DNA of 64,000 nucleotides from the NCBI GenBank assembly GCA_031701365.1, contig GCA_031701365.1_4118.1, one strand, 5' to 3'. A model generated the notes under the pieces. That model ran no database searches and was not told the origin of the DNA. It saw nothing but the letters and a program-made list of their open reading frames with translations. Made by a program: the position numbers and the translations under genes. The stretch is from Escherichia coli. GTDB taxonomy: Bacteria; Pseudomonadota; Gammaproteobacteria; Enterobacterales; Enterobacteriaceae. Of this stretch, positions 56,604 to 64,000 are shown in pieces (position 1 is the stretch's first letter; each line of letters begins with the position of its first letter).

Positions 56604-57347
56604 ATGAAACATTTCTTAGAAGTAACCGTACCTGATGATAAAGATTTATACATTGTAGGTGATTTGCATGGTAATGGTAAACTATGGGATGCTACAGTGA
56701 AAGAATTTGGTATTACACACAATGATTATGTTTTCAGTGTAGGTGATATTATCGACCGTGGAGAACAAAATTCAAAGCTCCTTTTTGAATTTTTGTTCGG
56801 AGAAAATCGTTACATGATTGCGGGTAATCATGAGATGATGTGCGTTGATTCGGAAACACTTCGAGATTGGTATCATTGTTGGATAAGTAATGGTGGTGAT
56901 AAATTCCTTGATGAAGTTGGAGGAACAGGCATTCAATTCTTTCGTCAGTACTTAAAAGATCTCCCTATGATTATCCAAATCAATCACCGAGGCTTGAAGA
57001 TTGGGTTAGTTCATGCTGGAGTTCCGTTGGAATATACAACATGGGAACGATTTGTTAATGGGACAAAATCACTTAGTGCTGATATAATTGATAAGTGCTT
57101 GTGGGATAGGAAAACATTCGATTATTGTAGAACGAATAATACCTATTATGCACCTAAGTTAGATGGAGTGCATTGTGTCTTTAGTGGACATACAGCAGTT
57201 ACTGATCCACTCATTTATGGTAATCGCATTTGGATTGATAGTCAATTCTTGACGGGTGACTTAACTCTCGCTACTCCACAAAGTGGTGGGATGAGATACT
57301 TACGTAAAGAAAAAGATGAGTACTCATTCAATCGTTTCAAAAGGTAA
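56604..57347 (+). CDS. Ser/Thr protein phosphatase (PPP/lambda-phosphatase-type metallophosphatase)
   Basis: GDLHG, GDxxDRG and GNHE motifs; ORF 56589 with start ATG 56604 after GGAG. Confidence 0.8.
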   Translation: MKHFLEVTVPDDKDLYIVGDLHGNGKLWDATVKEFGITHNDYVFSVGDIIDRGEQNSKLLFEFLFGENRYMIAGNHEMMCVDSETLRDWYHCWISNGGDKFLDEVGGTGIQFFRQYLKDLPMIIQINHRGLKIGLVHAGVPLEYTTWERFVNGTKSLSADIIDKCLWDRKTFDYCRTNNTYYAPKLDGVHCVFSGHTAVTDPLIYGNRIWIDSQFLTGDLTLATPQSGGMRYLRKEKDEYSFNRFKR

Positions 57348-57352
57348 TAATT

Positions 57353-57622
57353 ATGCATGATGAAGTTAAAAAATATTTGAATGATAGATATATTATGAAA
57401 AAATCTATTAATTCTATCCTAAAAGATCATGCTAATCAAATACGTGAGATTCTATCAAATAAACTTATTGGTTGTTCAGTTGAGTTCAATTACAAAAAGA
57501 ATGTAGTGAAGATTGGAGTTATTAAACGTGTAGTTGCTGTTTATGACCAAAATGTATATGTTGAAATTGAATATGATGGTAAATTATCACAATTAAGTAC
57601 TGAAGATTTAACATTTTTATAA
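57353..57622 (+). CDS. family D-like small protein
   Basis: SNKLIGCSVEF. Confidence 0.5.
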   Translation: MHDEVKKYLNDRYIMKKSINSILKDHANQIREILSNKLIGCSVEFNYKKNVVKIGVIKRVVAVYDQNVYVEIEYDGKLSQLSTEDLTFL

Positions 57623-57632
57623 GGAAATAGAA

Positions 57633-57860
57633 ATGAAAGTAATTCAAGTTATGGTAGAAAAATACCAAACTGAAGATGGTCGTATTTTTGATTCAGCTAA
57701 ACAAGCTGAACACCATGAACGTATTATTTCGGGTGCACGTAAAGTGTGTCCTACATGTAGTGGAACACAACAAGTACCGTCAGAAGATTACCGCAGCTTT
57801 TATGCTTGTCCACACTGTGATGGGAAAGGCTATGTAGAAAAACAAGAGGTATGGAAATGA
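57633..57860 (+). CDS. small zinc-finger protein (DnaJ-type CxxCxGxG-like)
   Basis: CPTCSGTQ and CPHCDGKG motifs. Confidence 0.6.
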   Translation: MKVIQVMVEKYQTEDGRIFDSAKQAEHHERIISGARKVCPTCSGTQQVPSEDYRSFYACPHCDGKGYVEKQEVWK

Positions 57861-58270
57861 AATTGTATTGCTTAACTAATATGTACTGTCAAGGTGTCCA
57901 AGCTGGTATTCAAGCATTCCATGCTGGTGTTAAACTAATTAAAGAATATGAAGGTACTGCTTTCAGTACTATTATTGATGAATGGTACTATGAACACGAA
58001 ACTATTGTAGTACTAAATGCTGGTGGACATGATAAATTAAATTCTTATTATAACAACCTTAGCAAACAGGGGAAAGTTCCGTTTGCCAAATTCAATGAAG
58101 CTGGGTTGAATGATGCTATTACCTGTGTAGCAGTACTGTGTACGTCTGAAATGATTGAAGACATGGCTGTTATGCGTATGAATCTTCCTGCTGGTGATCA
58201 ACTAATGCAAGTAAAATATGGTGCATTGTTTGACACACTAAAAGCAATCAGTACAATGAGGACTATTTGA
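57857..58270 (+). CDS. hypothetical protein
   Basis: ORF 57851-58270; ATGA overlap start 57857. Confidence 0.55.
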   Translation: MKLYCLTNMYCQGVQAGIQAFHAGVKLIKEYEGTAFSTIIDEWYYEHETIVVLNAGGHDKLNSYYNNLSKQGKVPFAKFNEAGLNDAITCVAVLCTSEMIEDMAVMRMNLPAGDQLMQVKYGALFDTLKAISTMRTI

Positions 58271-59469
58271 TGGATTTTCCAGAGAAGTTATTTGTTGCAC
58301 GTTCCTATGTAAACCACAACCAAGTTGATGGTTTTATTATCGATGCAACAAAATCACATACAAAAGCGTTTGAAACAAAGAAAGAGAGAGCAGAGTACTG
58401 GGCAAAGAAGAACAATCTTCCATCGTTATATATTGACAACGTTCCAACTACTGGATTTTGTGTAGTTGATAAATTAACAATTCATGCACGAGAAACATAT
58501 TTCACAATCCGTCACCCAGAAGGATTTGAATTTATGATTAGTGCCAAAAACATGAATGATTTAATTATCAATAACGATATAATCAAAGGTGTTTTTGTAG
58601 ACCCAATGTTTTTCAACAATAACTTAGAATTAATTAATGGTAAAACAAAAACATTTGCTAAGTTAGTTGAAAAAGAAAATAAAAAAGAACAACAAAAAGA
58701 AACTGTAGCAGGTCTTAAAGTTGGTGATGGTTTCACGTATCTCAAAGAAGATTACTATTACTGCGGTAAAGTACATGCAATTTGTATAAAGAAAACTAAA
58801 GAATTTGCATACCCCGACAAAAGTTCTGTTTATCATTTACTTTTTAACAGTACTCGTGGAACTTATGCATTGAATCAACGTTTGGATAATTACAATCTTG
58901 AACCTCGTGCACTCTTGAATAAGAAGACTACGGCAGATGAAGAAATTAAACTTGCTAATGAATTTTGGCAAAGCTATAGAACAAACAGACATAACCCATT
59001 AGGTGAATCTAACATTCCAGTACTGGTACACAATAAATCATTTAAAGCAAAAGACCTAAAAATTAAATATGAAGAAATAAATGTTGATGATCTTATGAAT
59101 AATGGACGTTTCAACGAGAACGTACCATTTATGACTAAAGATAATGAACAATCTTATCGCGTATTTTTTGGTGTAAGTAATAATACAACACGTAGTTATT
59201 ATGGACGTAGCGGGGATTATAATATTCATTATAATGATAAATTTGAACGCTTTAGTGCATACCCAGTTCAAATTGATGATAATGGAATTATGTCAATGGA
59301 TGTTGATATTAATGAGCACACATCATTTAGTACATGGAACGGTTATCGTTCACCATTCTTTCCACCAAATGAACGAAAAACATCAAGTTCTCGTTACTAC
59401 CAAGATAAGCCGTGTCACGTTCAACTATCAATTAGTAATCCACTTTATATTGGAAAGTATTATCTATAA
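58270..59469 (+). CDS. hypothetical protein (399 aa)
   Basis: ORF 58267-59469; ATG 58270 overlapping upstream stop. Confidence 0.65.
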   Translation: MDFPEKLFVARSYVNHNQVDGFIIDATKSHTKAFETKKERAEYWAKKNNLPSLYIDNVPTTGFCVVDKLTIHARETYFTIRHPEGFEFMISAKNMNDLIINNDIIKGVFVDPMFFNNNLELINGKTKTFAKLVEKENKKEQQKETVAGLKVGDGFTYLKEDYYYCGKVHAICIKKTKEFAYPDKSSVYHLLFNSTRGTYALNQRLDNYNLEPRALLNKKTTADEEIKLANEFWQSYRTNRHNPLGESNIPVLVHNKSFKAKDLKIKYEEINVDDLMNNGRFNENVPFMTKDNEQSYRVFFGVSNNTTRSYYGRSGDYNIHYNDKFERFSAYPVQIDDNGIMSMDVDINEHTSFSTWNGYRSPFFPPNERKTSSSRYYQDKPCHVQLSISNPLYIGKYYL

Positions 59470-59480
59470 AGGAATATACA

Positions 59481-60899
59481 ATGAGCATTTTAGCAATTCT
59501 TGAAAGCATTAAAAATACTAGCAGTACTCTAGGCAAAAAAGCTATTCTTGAACAAAATAAAGATAATGTAACTTTGCAAAAAGTACTGAAATATACACTC
59601 GATCCTAGTATTGTAAGTGGGTATAAAAAGCTACCAGACGCTGATAACGTGTATCAACATATGACATTGGATGAAGCTATTGATAAACTAGAATGCATCT
59701 ATAAGCGTGCATTGACGGGACATACAGGGCGTGATTTCATTGCTTCAGTACTAGGTAGTGTGAGTCCAGATGATGCTGAAGTTCTTCGTAAGATGCTTAC
59801 AAAGAACTTAGATTGTGGTATTCAAGAAAAGAACTGCAATGATGTATTTGGTAAAGGATTTATTAAAGATGAACCATATATGCGTTGTTCTTTGCTTGAT
59901 AAAAAGACTGTTAAGAACATCAACTTCAAAGGTCATGGTTATGCTGTCTCCGAGGTCAAGATGGATGGTCAGTACTTAAACCATGTAGTCATTAATGGTG
60001 CTCTTACCTCTTCCTCCCGTAATGGTAAACTATATGACTTCTTAGGTTGTCGTGATGGTGAGATGGCAGGTCTTGCACATCAAATTCAAATGAATGATGA
60101 ACGTTTTAGTAGTGGTGTCGTCTTTATGGGTGAAGGTCTAGTACTTGATAATGACGGTGAAACTATTCTTCCACGAACAACTGGTAATGGTATCATTCAG
60201 AAGGCTGGTAAAGATAGTATTAGTCAGAATGAAGCAATGCGTACTGTATTTGTACTATGGGATGTTGTTCCGTATGATGCATTCTGTGAAGGTACATGGA
60301 ATGTAAAACGTAAAGAACGTCGCGAACTTCTTGAATCTGCCATCAATGTATTGGGTAGTGATTTTGTACGTATGGTGAAATACCGTAAGGTTCAAAACAT
60401 TAAAGAAGCATTTGAGTACAATAACGAACTCATGGTTCAGGGTGAAGAAGGATCAGTACTGAAATGTGAAGATGGTATCTGGAAATCACATACATCTCCT
60501 AAGCAGTTGAAAGTAAAACTAAAAATGCAATTGGATTTGCGTATTGTTGGTTTCAACGAAGGTGAAGGTAAGCGTAAAGGTTCACTTGGTTCTTTACAAC
60601 TTGAAAGTGCATGTGGCACACTGAAGGTAAATGTAGGAACAGGTATTAAAGAGAAAGATGCAGAGTGGACGTTCAAAACCATTTGGGAACGAATGCAAGA
60701 ACTAATTGGTAAAGTCGTTACCGTTGAGTGCAATGAGATTGTAATCGACAAGCGTACAGGTGAACCATCACTATTTTTACCAGTGTTTATTGAATTTAGA
60801 TTTGACAAGAACACATGTGACGATTATACTCGTATTTTAGAAATTCGTGATAGTGCTGTTGAGGTATTCTCGAACAGTATCATTGAAGCACTTAGCTAA
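59481..60899 (+). CDS. ATP-dependent DNA ligase (T4 gp30 homolog)
   Basis: N-terminus aligns with T4 DNA ligase as recalled (GxKAILEQNKDN), adenylation-site KMDGQ (KxDG) and further T4-ligase-like blocks. Confidence 0.9.
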   Translation: MSILAILESIKNTSSTLGKKAILEQNKDNVTLQKVLKYTLDPSIVSGYKKLPDADNVYQHMTLDEAIDKLECIYKRALTGHTGRDFIASVLGSVSPDDAEVLRKMLTKNLDCGIQEKNCNDVFGKGFIKDEPYMRCSLLDKKTVKNINFKGHGYAVSEVKMDGQYLNHVVINGALTSSSRNGKLYDFLGCRDGEMAGLAHQIQMNDERFSSGVVFMGEGLVLDNDGETILPRTTGNGIIQKAGKDSISQNEAMRTVFVLWDVVPYDAFCEGTWNVKRKERRELLESAINVLGSDFVRMVKYRKVQNIKEAFEYNNELMVQGEEGSVLKCEDGIWKSHTSPKQLKVKLKMQLDLRIVGFNEGEGKRKGSLGSLQLESACGTLKVNVGTGIKEKDAEWTFKTIWERMQELIGKVVTVECNEIVIDKRTGEPSLFLPVFIEFRFDKNTCDDYTRILEIRDSAVEVFSNSIIEALS

Positions 60900-60918
60900 T
60901 CATTTATTGGAGGTAATT

Positions 60919-61710
60919 ATGAAATTTGTTGTAACATCTGACGTACACGGTGGAACTGATTACCTCCATAGCGGTGATTACAGTGATGTAGTACTGATCA
61001 TTGCTGGTGACTTTGATGAAGTTAAACGCAGTCGTTATCGTACTGGGATCGAAGAACTGTGTAAGCAGTTCTATAAGGTAGTACTGGTTCCAGGAAATCA
61101 CGAATACTACGGTTCCAATATCCAAAAGACGCATCAAGTACTATCCAATATGCAGGATGAGATTCCTAATTTTATCTTTTTGCAAAACAAATTTGTATGG
61201 CTGGATGGAGTACTGCTTGTTGGTAGTACTCTGTGGACAGACTTCGATAAAGGTAATTCTTTGACGAAGTTTGATGCTCGTCAGAAGATGAACGATTACA
61301 AACATATCCGTCATGGAACAACATCAGAGCCTTGGCGTAAGAAACTGACACCTGATGATACTGAGTTTATGCATCACAAAGATAAACAATTTATCAAAAA
61401 TTCTATTGACACAGTTCGCTTTATGCATGATAATGATTTCAAGGTCATCGTGATTACTCATCACGCACCAAGTTATCAAAGTGTTTCACCAAAATATAAA
61501 AATGATTCACTAAATGGTTGTTACTGTTCCGATATGGATCAGTACATTGAAGATTTGGGTGCTGATGTTTGGATTCATGGTCATGTTCATAGTAGCTTTG
61601 ACTACCACATTGGTAAGACACGTATCATTTGTAATCCACGAGGCTATGAATCGTATAGTGGAGCTTGTGAGAATTTTGATTACAATCCTAAATTTGTATT
61701 TGAAATTTAA
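60919..61710 (+). CDS. metallophosphoesterase (calcineurin-like)
   Basis: SDVHG, GDFDE, GNHEYYG and GHVH motifs; ORF 60847 with start ATG 60919 after GGAGG. Confidence 0.8.
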   Translation: MKFVVTSDVHGGTDYLHSGDYSDVVLIIAGDFDEVKRSRYRTGIEELCKQFYKVVLVPGNHEYYGSNIQKTHQVLSNMQDEIPNFIFLQNKFVWLDGVLLVGSTLWTDFDKGNSLTKFDARQKMNDYKHIRHGTTSEPWRKKLTPDDTEFMHHKDKQFIKNSIDTVRFMHDNDFKVIVITHHAPSYQSVSPKYKNDSLNGCYCSDMDQYIEDLGADVWIHGHVHSSFDYHIGKTRIICNPRGYESYSGACENFDYNPKFVFEI

Positions 61711-61722
61711 TGTGAGGATACA

Positions 61723-62106
61723 GTGTCATTGATTTATTTTGAACTACCAGAATATACCAATTATCCAAGCCGAGTTATTTGCTCAGTTTATAGTAATGCA
61801 TATCATCACTTGTTAGTGAATAGTAATAAAGCTGTGCATTATTATCGAAATAAAGAACCACGTACATTAAAGAATCGTTATGGTTTTGACCCAACTAACA
61901 CTGAAGTTGAACTCTGTGATCTGTTTGGGGAAGTAATGGTGGTGTTGAAACGAGATATTCATCTTTTCCATACATACAAACTTAATCAGTACTTTATGGA
62001 AACACTGTCTATACGTTCCCATGCTCCGATGATTAAAGTTGATTTGAATTTTGTTGATGATAAATTGAAATATGATTTCATAAATTCACTTGTTTATTTG
62101 GAGTAA
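61723..62106 (+). CDS. hypothetical protein
   Basis: ORF with probable GTG start after GAGG. Confidence 0.5.
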   Translation: MSLIYFELPEYTNYPSRVICSVYSNAYHHLLVNSNKAVHYYRNKEPRTLKNRYGFDPTNTEVELCDLFGEVMVVLKRDIHLFHTYKLNQYFMETLSIRSHAPMIKVDLNFVDDKLKYDFINSLVYLE

Positions 62107-62107
62107 T

Positions 62108-62512
62108 ATGAATATACGTTCAGTACGAATATTTTCATTTGTTGATATGAATGAAAAACACTCTTATGTGTTTGAAACTGTCAATAAGTTAAATCCTCAT
62201 ACGGCAAAAATGATTGAAACCATGAAGATCTTGAGTTTGCATATAGAAGTTTACTATCTTCATGACGATTCTGTTTTTGTATATGATGATGGATGGTATG
62301 ACGGTGTGTTTTATGATGACATTAGCACTACTGCTGATTACTACTTTCTAGTGAGTAACCCACTATTCAGTACTAAAACTTTGTTTGACATTACCGATAC
62401 AAGCGTGTATGATACAAGTCATGTTGAGTTACTTAAGTTTGATCCAGTATTATTCAACAAAGAAACGGCGTATTGGATGACTGATTTCTTTTCAAATATT
62501 CCAGTAAAATAG
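62108..62512 (+). CDS. hypothetical protein
   Basis: ORF 62090-62512, start ATG 62108 after GGAG. Confidence 0.55.
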   Translation: MNIRSVRIFSFVDMNEKHSYVFETVNKLNPHTAKMIETMKILSLHIEVYYLHDDSVFVYDDGWYDGVFYDDISTTADYYFLVSNPLFSTKTLFDITDTSVYDTSHVELLKFDPVLFNKETAYWMTDFFSNIPVK

Positions 62513-62513
62513 T

Positions 62514-62542
62514 TTGGACATTTTAAATCTTAGTGATATAAT
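62514..62542 (+). promoter_or_regulatory. sigma70-like promoter upstream of clpP-like gene
   Basis: -35 TTGGAC 62514-62519, 17-bp spacer, -10 TATAAT 62537-62542. Confidence 0.5.
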
Positions 62543-62576
62543 ACTCACTACAACGAAATAATAGAGGAAATTAACA

Positions 62577-63272
62577 ATGGTTGAACAATTCATGTTTGGT
62601 GGTTATGCTAATGGCGAAGTACGTAACATTTCTATTCCTTACGTAGTTGAGAAAGTTAATGGTTCAGAACGTACATATGATCTAGCATCTCGTATGATGC
62701 AAGACCGTATCATTTTCCTTGATACTGATTTCAATGATCAAATGGCACATATCATCAAACAACAATTGGTGTGGTTAGACTCACAAGGTGATTCCCCTAT
62801 TACATTCTACATTAGTTCACCAGGTGGTTCAGTACACGCAGGTTTGGGTATTGCAGACGTTGCTAAGTCTTGTATTTCCCCAATCCGCACTGTAGTTATG
62901 GGTTATGCGGCATCAATGGGTTGCTATACACAATCTGTTATTGGAACTAAAGGTTTCCGTTTAGGTGGTAAACGCTCATACTTCATGTGTCACCAAGTAA
63001 GTTCTGGTACACAAGGTCTAATTACAGACCAGAAGATTTCCCTACAACATTCTGATGCACTGAATACATTGTTGACCAAAGAAATTGCAGAAGCAGTAGG
63101 CGTATCACATGAACAATTACTAAAAGATGCTGACCGCGATTTGTGGTTAAATGCAGAAGAAGCACTTGAATATGGTGAACATGGTTTCATTGATGGTATT
63201 ATTCTTGGACCACGTAACGAAGAAGGCAAGTACTTAGTTAAGCGTCGCGGCGGTGTGGAAGAGTGGGTGTAA
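62577..63272 (+). CDS. clpP: ClpP-like serine protease (peptidase S14)
   Basis: SPGGSV, GYAASMG (catalytic Ser), MCHQ (His) and DADRDLWLNAEEALEYG matching bacterial ClpP blocks. Confidence 0.85.
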   Translation: MVEQFMFGGYANGEVRNISIPYVVEKVNGSERTYDLASRMMQDRIIFLDTDFNDQMAHIIKQQLVWLDSQGDSPITFYISSPGGSVHAGLGIADVAKSCISPIRTVVMGYAASMGCYTQSVIGTKGFRLGGKRSYFMCHQVSSGTQGLITDQKISLQHSDALNTLLTKEIAEAVGVSHEQLLKDADRDLWLNAEEALEYGEHGFIDGIILGPRNEEGKYLVKRRGGVEEWV

Positions 63273-63320
63273 GATAGATTTTGATGCCTCAATATGGGGC
63301 ATCATCTTTGTGGAGATTAT

Positions 63321-63611
63321 ATGAAAGTACTAGTACGTAATAATACGGAAGTAGCAAATGTATTAGAAGATTCCGATTTTATTAATGTTGCGTTCGATCA
63401 AATTAGTGCAGTAGCACTTGAGTTAAAAAATGTGGATGAATCTGAGCGTGTACTAAATGGTTTTGCAATTGTACTTGAATTAATGAAAGAAGTACTAATT
63501 AAAAAGAACATTAATCCAGTTGATGCGGTTCAACATGCAGAAGCTGTGCGTAAAGAACACGGTACATTCTCTGACAAAAAATACATTCAAACTGATGAGG
63601 TAAAAGAATAA
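63321..63611 (+). CDS. hypothetical protein
   Basis: ORF 63294-63611, start ATG 63321 after GGAG. Confidence 0.55.
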   Translation: MKVLVRNNTEVANVLEDSDFINVAFDQISAVALELKNVDESERVLNGFAIVLELMKEVLIKKNINPVDAVQHAEAVRKEHGTFSDKKYIQTDEVKE

Positions 63612-63612
63612 T

Positions 63613-64000
63613 ATGTCCAATGCACAATATAAAGATGGTTATGACGCATACAAAGCAAAAGTAGTTCTAAGTGCTGAACAGCTAAAAATGCAGCATCCAT
63701 TATATCGTCAGGGCTATCGTGCAGCACAAGCAGAAGCAATGAAGAAAAATAATGTAACTTTCCCTACTACGCTATATGATATTCCAAAACGTCCACACAT
63801 TTTTAAAGCTGAATGGACTGATATTATGGCAGCGACAAAGCGTCCACGTTTTGCTAAATTACACACCGATGAAGGTCGCTGGTTGCTAATGGGGATTATG
63901 AAAGCAGTTGAGAATCAATCTCATAAGATTGTTCGTTATAAAGATGTTGTTGCTATGGTTGATAAAGCATTTGACCTTGTACTTCAATATGGTTATGATG
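63613..64000 (+). CDS. hypothetical protein (3-prime partial, runs off window)
   Basis: ATG 63613 after GAGG; open to window end in hand translation. Confidence 0.55.
   Translation, partial: MSNAQYKDGYDAYKAKVVLSAEQLKMQHPLYRQGYRAAQAEAMKKNNVTFPTTLYDIPKRPHIFKAEWTDIMAATKRPRFAKLHTDEGRWLLMGIMKAVENQSHKIVRYKDVVAMVDKAFDLVLQYGYD

Noticed and set aside
1-64000. Integrase, transposase, IS element or prophage att sites
   Set aside because: No ORF shows recombinase or transposase motifs and no long terminal inverted repeats were seen. The repeats present are promoter cassettes and gene paralogs.

Overview
AT-rich, densely packed window in which essentially every credible gene is on the + strand, often with overlapping stop/start codons (ATGA). 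It reads as an early, hyperplastic accessory region of a T4-like myovirus: recognisable homologs of T4 DNA ligase, RNA ligase 1 and polynucleotide kinase sit at the right end, with a Ser/Thr phosphatase, a metallophosphoesterase, a ClpP-like protease, a phage Dam-type MTase and an HxGH nucleotidyltransferase. The left 4 kb holds small ORFs, each behind a promoter plus 5-prime-UTR stem-loop cassette (PeSL-like). Most of the window is taken up by tandem paralog arrays: family A (about 29 small genes with an LGTNYQ-type C-terminal motif, 4.2-9.6 kb plus outliers), family B (about 50 genes with a C-terminal FQxS[TL][VI]xD-type motif, 9.6-37.4 kb, plus larger proteins carrying the same motif), family C (8 genes, 44.5-47.0 kb) and a looser family D of roughly 85-aa proteins (49.7-57.6 kb). 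Separately, the palindrome AGTACT (often CAGTACTG) is strongly over-represented in coding and non-coding DNA, except in the core of the family A array. No tRNA, rRNA, CRISPR array, integrase or transposase was found. All calls are from reading the sequence and ORF track; no database search or computation was run.
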